From NCBI GenBank assembly GCA_964291215.2, contig OZ219791.1, positions 3,328,001 to 3,392,000 on the forward strand: a stretch of 64,000 bases of DNA, in the 5' to 3' direction. Below, piece by piece: positions 22,496 through 33,242 of this stretch (position 1 is the stretch's first letter; the number at the start of each line of letters is the position of its first letter). The notes under the pieces were generated by a model. The model worked only from the letters and a program-made list of their open reading frames with translations, ran no database searches and was not told where the DNA came from. The stretch comes from Alphaproteobacteria bacterium (GTDB taxonomy: Bacteria; Pseudomonadota; Alphaproteobacteria; MPNO01; UBA830). Both the position numbers and the translations under genes were made by a program.

Positions 22496-23113
22496 CTAGT
22501 ACGGGCCCCAGGCGCGTCCGGTGGCCGGGCGTGCCCCGATCGTGTCATGCCAGCGGCGGACATTGGCGAACTCCTCCAGCCCGATGCCGTTGACACCATG
22601 GAGGTGGACGTCCGGATAGCAGGTGATGTCGGCGATCGAGAAATCGCCTGCGAGATATTCGCTTTCCCCGAGACGGCGGTCGAGCACGCCGAGGAGGTCG
22701 CGTAGCGTCGCCTCGTAATGCCTCTTCGCGGCCGGAACATCCTCGCCGAACCTGAGGAAGAAGAGGCCGTATTGCTGGGCGAGCGTAGTGAAAGTTGCCG
22801 AACCGAAGATGAACCACTGGTCGACCATGATCCTGCGCACCGGATCCCCGGGATAGAGGCCCGGTGCCGCCTTCTCCGCGAGGTACTTCAGGATGGCGCC
22901 CGATTCGCAAAGCGTGACACGCTGGCCGCCCGGCCCGTCGTCATCGACAATGGCGGGAATCTTGTGGGCGGGACTGATCTTCATGAAGTCGGGATCGTGC
23001 TGTTCCCGCTTCGTCAGGTCGATCGGACGGATGGCATATTCCAGTCCGCTTTCCTCAACCATCTGGCGCGCCTTGTAGCCGTTGTCCGTAGTCCAGAAAT
23101 AAAGTGTGAGCAT
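22496..23113 (-). CDS. Glutathione S-transferase (YfcG/YghU-like)
   Basis: WTTDNGYK, KIPAIVD, ESGAILKYLAEK, FSIADI. Confidence 0.88.
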   Translation of the reverse strand: MLTLYFWTTDNGYKARQMVEESGLEYAIRPIDLTKREQHDPDFMKISPAHKIPAIVDDDGPGGQRVTLCESGAILKYLAEKAAPGLYPGDPVRRIMVDQWFIFGSATFTTLAQQYGLFFLRFGEDVPAAKRHYEATLRDLLGVLDRRLGESEYLAGDFSIADITCYPDVHLHGVNGIGLEEFANVRRWHDTIGARPATGRAWGPY

Positions 23114-23413
23114 TCATTCCTCCCTGTGCCGCCGCAGGTATTCCGTTGCTCCGCTGCTTGGCGGACCGTTCCTGCCGCGGCTGGTAGAGTTTCCCAGAAT
23201 GGGCCGGTTGCGTAAAGGTGCAAAACTCGCACAGCCCGACGTGCCGCGGAGAATCGGCTGCATCCGGTGGTGTCCTGCGGCAAGCCTCGTCGCCGGCGCA
23301 TGGGGGTCGCCGACAGGGTCGTTGTATGCGGAGGAGACGGCTGTTATAGAGCGGCGAGTGCAAATTCGATCCGGCCCGGTCGGCATCGGGCGCGTGAGGT
23401 CCCGGAAAGGCTC

Positions 23414-24049
23414 ATGGATACGGTAGCAGAGAAGATACTGACGTTCTGGTTCAGCACGGTCGACCTCTCCCGGGAGATCGAGCGCCGTCCGGCGTGGTTC
23501 AAGGCCACGCCGGAATTCGACGCGGACCTCGTGCGCAACTTTGCAGCTGTGCACGAGCGGGCGGCGCAGGGGGATTTCGACCAGTTCGTCAGTGACGCTG
23601 CCGAATGCCTGGCGCTGATCATCGCGCTCGACCAGTTTCCGCGCAATCTCTATCGTGGCACGCCGCGTTCCTACGCCACCGATGCCAAGGCGCGGTCGAC
23701 CGCGGTTCTGGCACTCGAGCGCGGCTACGACCGCGGCTTCAGCCATTTTCCGAGGGTTTTCACCTATCTGCCGTTCGAGCACAGCGAGGCGCTGGCGGAT
23801 CAGGAGAGGGCCGTCGATCTGTTCTCCGCGCTGGGCGAGGAGCGTTCAACGGACTCTGCGATCGCCCATCGCGATGCGATCAGGAGGTTCGGGCGATTCC
23901 CCCATCGCAACAGGATCCTCGGGCGCTCCAACACCCCGGAGGAGGACGAGTACCTCAAGGACCCGCCCTTGTGGGGCATGACGGCCGCCGAGGCGGCTGA
24001 ACTCGAGGAGCGCAAGGCGAGAGAATCCGGGAAAAACGCGACGGCCTGA
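23414..24049 (+). CDS. DUF924 family protein
   Basis: ILTFWF, IIALDQFPRNLYRG, YLPFEHSE, FGRFPHRN.ILGR. Confidence 0.9.
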   Translation: MDTVAEKILTFWFSTVDLSREIERRPAWFKATPEFDADLVRNFAAVHERAAQGDFDQFVSDAAECLALIIALDQFPRNLYRGTPRSYATDAKARSTAVLALERGYDRGFSHFPRVFTYLPFEHSEALADQERAVDLFSALGEERSTDSAIAHRDAIRRFGRFPHRNRILGRSNTPEEDEYLKDPPLWGMTAAEAAELEERKARESGKNATA

Positions 24050-24067
24050 ACCCCCGGCCTCGCCGGA

Positions 24068-25591
24068 TCAGTCCAGCAGCGCCCGCAGTCGGGTCTTGAG
24101 GATCTTTCCGTAGTTGTTCTTCGGAAGCTCGGTCAGGAAGCGGTAGGCCCGCGGCCGCTTGAAGCGCGCGATGTGGGCAAGGCAAAGCTCGTCGAGCTCC
24201 GCCTCGCGCACCGGTCTTCCCGGTTTCGGGACGATGAACGCGACCACCCGCTCGCCCCAGTCTGGGTGAGGCTCGCCGACGACGGAGGCTTCGAGTACGC
24301 CGTCGTGGCGCAGCAGCACCTCCTCGACCTCGCGCGGATAGATATTGGATCCGCCCGAGATGATCAGATCCTTGGAACGGTCCTTGAGCGTGAGAAAGCC
24401 GTCGTCGTCGAGCGCTCCCATGTCCCCGGTATGGAGCCAGCCGTCCCTCAACGTGCCGGTGGTGGCGTCCGGGTTGCGGAAATATCCCCGCATTACCACC
24501 TCGCCGCGGACGGTGACCTCACCGATCGTGCCGGTTGCCGCCTCGCCGCCCCGCTCGTCGACGACACGAACCTCGACGCCAGCTTGGGGGCGGCCGACGG
24601 ACGACAGGCGCGCCTCATGACGCGAATGGTCGGCATTCACATGGTCTTCGCGGGACAGCGCGGTGATGGTCATCGGCGCTTCCCCCTGACCGTAGATCTG
24701 GACCAGGCGGGGGCCGAGAACCTTGATCGCCGTGAGCATGTCCTCCCGGTACATGGGCGCGCCGCCATAGACGATGGTCTTCAGGTTCCCGAGATCATGG
24801 CGTTCGATGCCGGGCGATCGAATTAGGCGCGTCAGCATGGTCGGCGCGAGGAAGAAGGTTGCGCCCGGCCAGCAACCGATCAGCGCGAGGCACTCCTCGG
24901 GATCGAACCCGCCGGACTCCGGGATCACCTGACAGGCGCCGCGCGCGACATGCGGCAGCAGGTAGAGGCCTGAGCCGTGACTCATCGGTGCGGCATGTAT
25001 GATGCAGTCGTCGGATCCGATGCTGTCGACATTGGCAAAATACGCCGCCGTCATCGCCCGCAGGTTGCGATGACTCAGCATCGCACCCTTGGGACGTCCA
25101 GTGGTGCCCGATGTGTAGAACAGCCAGGCGAGATCGTCGGCGCCAGCCTCCTCGGGCAGCATCTCCGTCCCCTCGAACAGAGACTGGTAGGACATGCTTG
25201 TGCACAGGATCGAATGCCGAAGGCCGGCCACGTCGTTCCGGATGCTGGCAAGGCCGCCTGCCAGCGTCTCGTCCACGAAGACCGCGGCCGCGCCGGCATT
25301 GTCGAGAATCCACGCGAATTCGCGCCGATGCAGCCGGGCGTTCATTGGCAGCACGGCGCAACCGGCGTGCCAGGCGGCGAACATGATTTCCGAATATTCG
25401 GGGCAGTTGCCCATGGCGAGCGCAACGACATCGCCGCGCCGGAGGCCGAGCGACATCCGCAGTCCCGCCGCGAGATGCGCCGACCGCGTCGCGTGCCTTT
25501 CATAGGAGGCAACGACCCGGTTGCCGGCCGCCAGTGCTGGCGCGCCCGGCCACCGCGCCGCGGAATCTATGAGCAGCCGCGCAAGATTCAT
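24068..25591 (-). CDS. AMP-dependent acyl-CoA synthetase
   Basis: FYTSGTTGRPKG, YGQGE, GWLHTGD, IISGGSNIYPREVE, LPKNNYGK. Confidence 0.92.
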   Translation of the reverse strand: MNLARLLIDSAARWPGAPALAAGNRVVASYERHATRSAHLAAGLRMSLGLRRGDVVALAMGNCPEYSEIMFAAWHAGCAVLPMNARLHRREFAWILDNAGAAAVFVDETLAGGLASIRNDVAGLRHSILCTSMSYQSLFEGTEMLPEEAGADDLAWLFYTSGTTGRPKGAMLSHRNLRAMTAAYFANVDSIGSDDCIIHAAPMSHGSGLYLLPHVARGACQVIPESGGFDPEECLALIGCWPGATFFLAPTMLTRLIRSPGIERHDLGNLKTIVYGGAPMYREDMLTAIKVLGPRLVQIYGQGEAPMTITALSREDHVNADHSRHEARLSSVGRPQAGVEVRVVDERGGEAATGTIGEVTVRGEVVMRGYFRNPDATTGTLRDGWLHTGDMGALDDDGFLTLKDRSKDLIISGGSNIYPREVEEVLLRHDGVLEASVVGEPHPDWGERVVAFIVPKPGRPVREAELDELCLAHIARFKRPRAYRFLTELPKNNYGKILKTRLRALLD

Positions 25592-25613
25592 GTCCCCGCG
25601 TCCGGAGGAAGGG

Positions 25614-26780
25614 TCAGCGGACGGCTTCGAGTATCGACGTGTAGTTCGCGACCGCGGATCCGCCCATGTTGAACACGGCGGCGATCTCCGCGCCCGGAAT
25701 CTGGAGGGCTTCGGCGTCGCCCCGGGTCTGCATCGCGGCCATCACGTGCATCGAGACTCCGGTGGCGCCGATCGGGTGGCCCTTCGACTTGAGGCCGCCC
25801 GAAGGATTGACCGGCAGGGTGCCATTCTTGACCGCGGCGCCATCGGTGACGACGCGGGCTCCGTCGCCCTTGTCGGCGAGGCCCATGGCCTCGTAGATCA
25901 GCAGTTCGGCGATGGTGAAGCAGTCGTGCACTTCGGCGACATCGAGATCATCGACCGTGACACCGGCCTGTATGTAAGCCTCCTGCCACGCCCGCGCCGG
26001 CCCCTCGAACTGGATGACGTCGCGCTTCGACATCGGCAGGAAGTCGTTGACGTGCACGGCGGCGCGGAACAGGACGGCCTTGTTCATCGCCATCGCGGTC
26101 TGCACGTCGGCGAGCACGACCGCGGCGGCGCCGTCGGTCACCGGCGAGCAGTCCGAGCGCTTCAGCGGCCCGGAGACCACCGGGTTCTTTTCCGAAGGAT
26201 GGCGGCAGAACTCGTAGCCGAGATCCTTCTGGAAATGGGCGAGCGGATTGACCGCGCCGTTGGCATGGTTCTTGGCCGCGATGCGCGCCAGCGCGTCGGA
26301 CTGGTCGCCGAAACGCTGGAAATAGCTTTCGGCGATGCGGGCGAAGATGTCGGCGAAGGATCCGTTCTCACCGCCCTCCTCGCGCACGTAACTGCCCTTG
26401 GTCAGGAGCTCGCCGATGGCCTCGCCGGCAAGTTCGGTCATCTTCTCTACACCGACGCAGAGAACAACGCGGGCCTTTCCGGCAGCGATGGCGTTCAGGC
26501 CCTGGAAGATGGCGGCGCTGCCGGTCGCGCACGCGTTCTCGACGCGGGTAGCGGGCTTGAAACGCAAGTCCGGGTGGGCCTGCAGGACCAGGGACGCTGG
26601 GAAATCCTGCATGACGAAGCCGCCGTTGAAATGACCGATGTAGATCTCGTCGACATCGGCGGGCGGGACGCCGGCGTCGGCAAGCGCACCGGTTGCGACT
26701 TCGGTGATGAGATCCTCGACCTCGACACCCTCGTGCCGACCAAACTTGGTGTGGGCCCAGCCCACGATGTAGCCTGTCAT
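25614..26780 (-). CDS. Acetyl-CoA acetyltransferase (SCP-x-type thiolase)
   Basis: VENACATGS, AEVHDCFT, NPSGGLKSKGHPIGATG, NMGG. Confidence 0.9.
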   Translation of the reverse strand: MTGYIVGWAHTKFGRHEGVEVEDLITEVATGALADAGVPPADVDEIYIGHFNGGFVMQDFPASLVLQAHPDLRFKPATRVENACATGSAAIFQGLNAIAAGKARVVLCVGVEKMTELAGEAIGELLTKGSYVREEGGENGSFADIFARIAESYFQRFGDQSDALARIAAKNHANGAVNPLAHFQKDLGYEFCRHPSEKNPVVSGPLKRSDCSPVTDGAAAVVLADVQTAMAMNKAVLFRAAVHVNDFLPMSKRDVIQFEGPARAWQEAYIQAGVTVDDLDVAEVHDCFTIAELLIYEAMGLADKGDGARVVTDGAAVKNGTLPVNPSGGLKSKGHPIGATGVSMHVMAAMQTRGDAEALQIPGAEIAAVFNMGGSAVANYTSILEAVR

Positions 26781-26866
26781 TTCCGCCTCCCGTTGATGCC
26801 CCAATGCGAGTCTCGCACATCAGACCGGCCGGTCAAGTTCCGCGCCGCCGATTCGGGAGGGCCGCG

Positions 26867-28063
26867 TCACCAGTCGAAGGGCAGTCCGGCATATTGCTCG
26901 GCGAGTGTCCCGAGCGCGCGTTCGGAACGGGTGAGGTAGTCGAGCTCGTCCTCGCAGGCGCGCCCGTCAAATGGGTCGTCGTCCGGAAAGCGGTGCAGAA
27001 GGCGGGTCATGTGCCAGGAGAAACGCTCGGCGTTCCAGACCCGCCGCAGGGCGGCGTCCGAATAGGCTTCGAGCCAGCGGTCGTCATTGTCGGCATAGTG
27101 ACCGATGAACGCGCGCGACAGGTAGTGGACGTCGGAGAAGGCCAGGTTGAGACCCTTGGCGCCGGTCGGCGGAACGATGTGGGCGGCGTCCCCGGCGAGA
27201 AACAGGCGGCCGTGCCGCATCGGCTCGGCGACGAAACTCCTCAGCTGCGCAATCGACTTCTCGATCGAGGGCCCGGTCTCGATGGTCTCCGCGATGTCCG
27301 CCGGATAGCGCGCTTTCAGTTCTTCCCAGAAGCGGTCATCCGGCCAATCATCGATGCTGTCGTCGAGGCTGCACTGGATGTAATAGCGGCTGAGCCGTTC
27401 GTTGCGCATCGAGGCGAGCGCGAATCCGCGGTGGTGGCGCGCATAGACGAGATCGGGCAGCGGCGCGGTCTCGGACATGATCCCGAGCCAGCCGAACGGA
27501 TAGGCCTTCTCGAAGACCCTGAGGGTGGTTCCGGGAATGGTCTGGCGGCAAATGCCGTGGAACCCGTCGCATCCGGCGATGAAGTCGCAGTCTATGCGGT
27601 GTTCGCGGCCATCCTTGCGGAATGTGACAAACGGATTTTCTGTGGCGATGTCGCATGGCCGCACGTCTTCGGCTTCGTCGATGATCTCGCCGCCAGCGCT
27701 GTCCCGCGCCTCGTAAAGATCCTCGGTTATCGCGGTCTGGCCGTAGGCGACCATCGGTTTTCCGGTAAATCGCATGGTGTCGATCAGAAGCCTGCGGTCG
27801 CCGCCCCAAACGATGTACGAGCCGTCATGGCGCCGGCCCTCGCGATCCATGCGCTTGCCGAGCCCGATGGAGCGCAGGATGTCCACGGATCCGCTCTCCA
27901 GCACGCCGGCGCGTATGCGTTCGAGCACGTAGGCTCGGCTTCTCCGTTCAAGGACGATGCTAGCGATGCCGGAGAGGTGGAGGATGTGCGAGAGCAAAAG
28001 GCCGGATGGGCCTCCTCCGACGATCGCGACCTGGGTGGGCCGTGCGGCGGGGTTCGCTGCCAT
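26867..28063 (-). CDS. pobA: 4-hydroxybenzoate 3-monooxygenase
   Basis: TQVAIVGGGPSGLL, RIRAGVLE, CDFIAGCDGFHG, GDAAHIVPPTGAKGLN, LAEQYAGLP. Confidence 0.95.
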   Translation of the reverse strand: MAANPAARPTQVAIVGGGPSGLLLSHILHLSGIASIVLERRSRAYVLERIRAGVLESGSVDILRSIGLGKRMDREGRRHDGSYIVWGGDRRLLIDTMRFTGKPMVAYGQTAITEDLYEARDSAGGEIIDEAEDVRPCDIATENPFVTFRKDGREHRIDCDFIAGCDGFHGICRQTIPGTTLRVFEKAYPFGWLGIMSETAPLPDLVYARHHRGFALASMRNERLSRYYIQCSLDDSIDDWPDDRFWEELKARYPADIAETIETGPSIEKSIAQLRSFVAEPMRHGRLFLAGDAAHIVPPTGAKGLNLAFSDVHYLSRAFIGHYADNDDRWLEAYSDAALRRVWNAERFSWHMTRLLHRFPDDDPFDGRACEDELDYLTRSERALGTLAEQYAGLPFDW

Positions 28064-28185
28064 CCGTCAACCGGTCCCGTCCGGCACCATCTGTCCGATG
28101 CCGATTCCGGCAGGGATCCGTCCGGGTGAGAGTTTCGTATGGCACAGTTGCAGGCTCAGTTCCATTTGTTCATCTCACAGTGGCG

Positions 28186-28613
28186 GGGTGTGATTTGGGT
28201 TGATGTTGTTGTTGGCTGGTGCGTCGTCTGCACCGAATCATGGCCGTCCACGCGCTCTCGAAGCGGCCGGATCAGGGCGCGGAAGGTGATTGTCCGCTGA
28301 CGATGCGCCAGCGCATGCCGGAGCGTTTCATGCGCTGTGTGACGAGGGTCTTGTTTGCCGCCTCGACAATTCCCGAGCCGGTTGCTTCAGCGCGTGGTAG
28401 CGGTGGCGATGCTTGCGGAAGAAGGACAGTTCCCTGTCGGCCCGTTGGCGCCGCGGTGTCGCGAAGGTGGCCCCGGATCACCCTGTCGATGCCGCGGGGG
28501 TCGTGACAAAATCCTGTCCTGAAACGGGCGATTGTCACGAAAACCCGTTTTCGCCGCTGCCTCGCGACCATGTTAAATCAATGACTTGGATTCGCCATAC
28601 GAGAACTGCACCC
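28186..28613 (-). mobile_element. ISKra4-like remnant
   Basis: GSGIVEAANKTLVTQRMKRSGMRW motif; GGGTG-type ends at 28186 and 28613. Confidence 0.55.
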
Positions 28614-28888
28614 ATCCGTCCCGGCGCTTCCTACCGTGCGCCCGCAGCGTTCCAGGTGGCGAGAAACCGTTCGCGGATCCCGTCGCGGCGACGAGCGCAG
28701 TACCGCGTCAGCCAGCCGCAGGCCCTCATGAGCTGTCCTCGTCTGCCGCGAGTGCCCGACGACACTCCTTCCTCGCAAGCGACATTGCGGGTCGGTCGAC
28801 GCGATAGCGGTGCCGCGCCTGCCCGTCGCAGAAAACTCCGGTGTCTCCGGCGGCACGACCCTTTCTGACCTGTCGCGCCGTTCGTCGA

Positions 28889-29713
28889 TCACTTCGCCAC
28901 CGCGGGTTCGATGTTCAGCATGTCCGCGACTTCCGGCCAACTCCGCGCGCCGTTGGTCCTGAGATCGTCTGTCAGGTCCTCGGGCATCCAGCGCCAGATC
29001 GCGGCCTCGAAGGTCGGGCGTGCCTTGATGCCGGCCAGCCATCGGGTGACGCCGGGCAGGCGGCCGCCTTCCCACATCCCCTGCATGGACATCATGTCGA
29101 GCCGCATCACATAAGGCGTCATCGCGATGTCGGCAAAGCTGAAATTGTCACCCGCAAGCCACGTGTTGTCCTCGAGAGCATCTTCCATTTTCTTCAGGTA
29201 GCGGTCGTAGAGCTCGACCTGCTGGCGCGCGCCCGGAGCCTCGAAGCCCAGGCGCACCAGTTCCTTCTTGCGTTCATGCCAGTTTGCACTGACCGAGAAC
29301 GGCGGTGTCGAATCGAGGAATTCCCGGAGTCCCTTTTCGCCAAGCCCCCTGATGGTGTGACGGTGCGAGGCCATGAAGGTCAACGCCCCACAAGCCGGAT
29401 GAAGGTCCTCGTCGACGGCCTTGGTCCAGTACCGCACCTCTGCGCGCTGCACCGGATCCTCGGGGCGGATCCGGTTTTCCGCAAAGACATCATCGAGATA
29501 TTCGCAGATATTCGTCGACTCTCGGATGATCGCGCGGTCGTGAACGAGGGTCGGAACGACGGCCTTGGGATTGATCTTGGTGTATTCGGGCTTGAACTGG
29601 TCGCCCTTGAGGATGTCGATATAGTGCCCCGTCCAGGACAGCCCCTTTTCCTCGAGAAAGAAGCGGACCTTTGCCGCGCACACGGACGATCCGTGATGAT
29701 AGAGTTCAAGCAT
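28889..29713 (-). CDS. Glutathione S-transferase family protein
   Basis: LYHHGSSVCAAKVR, INPKAVVPTL, ESTNICEYLDD, FSFADI. Confidence 0.88.
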   Translation of the reverse strand: MLELYHHGSSVCAAKVRFFLEEKGLSWTGHYIDILKGDQFKPEYTKINPKAVVPTLVHDRAIIRESTNICEYLDDVFAENRIRPEDPVQRAEVRYWTKAVDEDLHPACGALTFMASHRHTIRGLGEKGLREFLDSTPPFSVSANWHERKKELVRLGFEAPGARQQVELYDRYLKKMEDALEDNTWLAGDNFSFADIAMTPYVMRLDMMSMQGMWEGGRLPGVTRWLAGIKARPTFEAAIWRWMPEDLTDDLRTNGARSWPEVADMLNIEPAVAK

Positions 29714-29871
29714 GCTGGGCTCTCCCCGATTTTTGATCAATTCTCCCGCCTGCGATCCCCGAAGCGGGAAGCGGCAATGTTCCCGCCAGGTTCGCGGAAA
29801 TCAAGTCAGGCTCCGGCGAGCGGCTTCCGGCGGCTCCGCGCCGTGGGCAGCGCGCTGTCCGTTCTGCCGGG

Positions 29872-30405
29872 TCAATCGACGGCATGGGCGCTGACGAGGA
29901 TCGCGGCCAGGAGGCATGGTTCGTCGGTGCGGACGCTCCAGGAGTGATTGGTGCCCCGCTGGACCATGACGTCGCCCTGTCTGAGGCACACCTCGCCGGT
30001 CTCGAGAATCGCCCAGATCTCTCCCTTGAGAACGATGAGGTAGTCCACCGTCGAGGTCTTGTGCATCATCGCATCGCTGCTTGTCATGTCCGCTGCATGC
30101 CTGGCGCCGATGGATTCGAATGCGTCACGCGCGTCGGCGCGGTTGCGCCAGGCCTTGTCGGGAGGGAACTCGACGATGCGGAAAACGGTGCCGCCCGGCG
30201 GCGGTTCGAGTACGACCGGGCGGTCGGCGGCGTCCTCCTGTCCTGAATTGTCGGCCGGCACGCCGACGGTCTGCCACAGGTCGGTGAGCGCGAGCCCCGG
30301 CATGGACTCCATTTCCTTGACCGCCGTCGCGTGCCCGTCGATGACAAACACCGATCTTCCGTCCTCGTCGTGCGCTGTGACCACGCGGCGGATCTTCTCG
30401 ACCAT
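29872..30405 (-). CDS. Cupin domain protein
   Basis: IRRVVTAHD, MHKTSTVDY, GDVMVQRGTNHSW. Confidence 0.88.
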   Translation of the reverse strand: MVEKIRRVVTAHDEDGRSVFVIDGHATAVKEMESMPGLALTDLWQTVGVPADNSGQEDAADRPVVLEPPPGGTVFRIVEFPPDKAWRNRADARDAFESIGARHAADMTSSDAMMHKTSTVDYLIVLKGEIWAILETGEVCLRQGDVMVQRGTNHSWSVRTDEPCLLAAILVSAHAVD

Positions 30406-30408
30406 CGT

Positions 30409-31383
30409 TCAGTTCTCCCTGACGACCCTGTTGCGAAGGATTCCGATCCCCTCGACTTCGAGTTCTATCACGTCGCCGTCCGACAAGTAACGTTCAAGCT
30501 CCAGCCCGCACCCGCCGCCGACGGTGCCCGAACCGAAGAACTCCCCCGGATGAAGGGTCTCGGAGCGTGATATCCGGGCGATCAGGTCCTCGAACTTCCA
30601 GTGCATGCTGCCGGAATGTCCGCGCGACCATTCCTCGCCGTTGACGCGCGCGACCATCGAGCAGTCATAGGGCTCGATCTCGTCAGCGGTAACGATACAG
30701 GGGCCGATCACGTTCCCGGTGTCAAAATCCTTGCCCTTCGCGGGTCCGAGACCGCCCGGCATTTCGAGCGCCTGCGCGTCGCGTGCAGAGATGTCGTTGA
30801 AGATGGCGTAGCCGAATATGTGTCGGCGCGCATCGCGGCGGCTGATGTCACTTCCTCCGGTGCCCAAAAAGAACCCGAATTCGAGCTCGTAGTCGAGTAC
30901 GTCGGCATAGGCGGGCCACACTATGTCCTCGTCGTGCCCGATGACAGAGAAGCGGTTGGCCTTGTAGTAGATCGGCTGCCGGTACCAGACATCGGGAACC
31001 TGGAAAAGGCCGTTTGTTTCGATTTCGCGGAGTGCGGCCTCGGGATCGGGCCGGGACGCGGCATAGTTCTTCCGCAGTACGCCATAGGCTTGTTTCAGGT
31101 GTTCCTCGAAACACAGGCAGTCGCGGATCTGGGGCGGTTCCGGCACCGGCGTCCGCAAGGTTATGCGGTCCGCGGGGATCACGGATCGGGCTGGCGGGTC
31201 GACGGATGCGAGACGGGCGGCCTCAAGCGCTTCGCCACCGGCGCGGATCAGGGCAAGCATCGACGAGAAGGCGGAACCGCCCGGGGACCGGCTCAGATCC
31301 ACCACTGCGATGTCGTTTTCGATGAGGGCGCCGACCCGGTCTTTGCCGTCGCCGCCATCCCGGCGGAAGGTCACGAGTTTCAT
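30409..31383 (-). CDS. Fumarylacetoacetate hydrolase family protein
   Basis: RDCLCFEEH, LDYELE, IFNDISARD, KGKDFD, GSGTVGGGCGLE. Confidence 0.9.
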   Translation of the reverse strand: MKLVTFRRDGGDGKDRVGALIENDIAVVDLSRSPGGSAFSSMLALIRAGGEALEAARLASVDPPARSVIPADRITLRTPVPEPPQIRDCLCFEEHLKQAYGVLRKNYAASRPDPEAALREIETNGLFQVPDVWYRQPIYYKANRFSVIGHDEDIVWPAYADVLDYELEFGFFLGTGGSDISRRDARRHIFGYAIFNDISARDAQALEMPGGLGPAKGKDFDTGNVIGPCIVTADEIEPYDCSMVARVNGEEWSRGHSGSMHWKFEDLIARISRSETLHPGEFFGSGTVGGGCGLELERYLSDGDVIELEVEGIGILRNRVVREN

Positions 31384-31734
31384 CGCGTTATTGGTATTCC
31401 CGGCGGAGCCGTGTTCCCTTCGGACCGCGCAAGTGGATCCAGACCGCACGGCGGTTGTTCCTCATCATGGCATGATTGCCTCCTGCCGCAACAGTAGTGC
31501 TCGGTGTCGGCGAATCGACGGCAAAGCGCGTTCGGCTGCGGGCTTGAATGGCGAGCTGGCGGGCGTTGGCGAAATGGGAACCGGGGTTTGGCGGTTGACT
31601 GCGGCAAACGCGGTCACGCCGGTCGCCAGGGTGCGACGCTGCGCAGCGCGGCAGAACTCGAACGAACGCTTACCTTCGGCCTAAGGGTGGACCACTTTGA
31701 CAGGAGAGGATCAGTGCGCAGCAATGCACATTCC

Positions 31735-32281
31735 TACCGCGACGACGGCGCTGCGCGATGTCTTCCCCGACATACGCGAGCAGAGATGCTGGGTTCACAA
31801 GACATCGAACGTCCTGGGCGCCATGCCCAAATCCATGCACGAACAGGCCAAGGCTGATCTGCAGGGCATCTGGATGGCCGAGACCAGGAAGGAGGCCAAT
31901 ACCGTCTTCGATCCCTTCGTCGAAACCTACGGCGTGAAATACGAGAAGGCCGTGGCCAAGCTGGTCAAAGACCGCGACGAATTGCTGGCCTTCTACGACT
32001 TTCCGGCCGAGCACTGGAAGCACATCCGGACCACGAACCCGATCGAGAGCGTCTTCGCCACGGTCCGCAACCGCACGCGAAAGACCAAGGGGTGCCTGAA
32101 CCGGAAGACCGCTCTCGCCATGGTCTTGCGGTTGATGATGTCAGCCAAGAAGAAGTGGCGGAAGATCAACGGGCCAAACCGTCCGTTTGAGGTCATTCAG
32201 GGGGTTGAGTTCAATGACGACATCAAGCAAGTTCAAATTGCCGCCTCATGACGATCGTCCCCAACTTTTTGGCATAGCTCC
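31735..32281 (+). mobile_element. IS256-family transposase 3' fragment with right end
   Basis: EQRCWVHK and HWKHIRTTNPIES motifs; 5' part absent. Confidence 0.8.
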
Positions 32282-32591
32282 GAGATCGTCCCATCTCCGA
32301 TTGTGGTAAATCAAGAAGCGGCCGCAGCCCGCAGACGGGCGGGCATTCGAACGCCTTGGGTCGATTGATCGTTTTCGAACAAGAGCGCGGACCGGACTTC
32401 CTGCGCCTCGCCAATGCACTTTCCGCCCTCTACCCGCGTGGCAGCCGCGAGAGGCGGGTTACGGGCGCCATGAAGACCCGGATCGCCGAGCGACAATCCT
32501 TGGGCCGGTCGGCGCCCCGAGACCGGGCCGGCGGCGGGCTTCATCCGGCGGGGACAGGAACCGGAGAACGTAATCCAAGGAGGACAGGATC

Positions 32592-32849
32592 ATGACGGAA
32601 GAAACCGAACTGCTGGACCGTATCACCGTGCGGGCCGATGTCTTCGGCGGTAAGCCGATCATTCGCGACATGCGCATCGCGGTGGAGCATGTGCTGGGTA
32701 AGCTGGCGGCGGGAGAAAGCGTGGAAACCATACTCGGCGAGTATCCGCTTCTCGAGCCCGAGGATATCCGGGCCTGTCTGGTCTTCGCCCATCGTTCCTT
32801 GGCCGGCGAGCGTGTCCATGACCGCATTTCCGTGCGACAGGCTTCGTGA
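32592..32849 (+). CDS. DUF433 antitoxin
   Basis: RITVRADVFGGKPIIRDMRIAVE, YPLLEPEDIRACL. Confidence 0.9.
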   Translation: MTEETELLDRITVRADVFGGKPIIRDMRIAVEHVLGKLAAGESVETILGEYPLLEPEDIRACLVFAHRSLAGERVHDRISVRQAS

Positions 32850-33000
32850 AGTTTCTTCTTGATGTTTGTGTCGCGTCGCGCGTCCTGCATCGGACCTTGG
32901 TCGGCCTCAGGCACGATGTGCTGTCCGCTGGCGACGGACATGCGAACGCCTAGGATGAGGCGCTGCTCGCCGTCGCCTACCGCGAAGACCGTAAGCGTTT
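32846..33000 (+). pseudogene. DUF5615 PIN-like toxin with a nonsense mutation, truncated
   Basis: MKFLLDVCV..HDVLS..NA*DEALLAVAYREDR; in-frame TAG at 32951-32953. Confidence 0.75.
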
Positions 33001-33242
33001 TGTCCCGACTCCGACACCGCCGCTCGATCAAGCCGCCGCTCGGCGGACGGCAAGCCGCGGCCGTCGGTGCAATCATGTTCCCGTAATGTGCCTGCCACGC
33101 GCCGGATCACGGCAGTCTGCAACCACGTGACGGGAGGGCAGGCGATAGCCGACCGCCAAAATTCAGCCGTGCGCGATCAAAAGTCCCCACAGCGCACACG
33201 CCTCGTCTTTGACATGTGCCATAATACACATTACGGTCGGCC

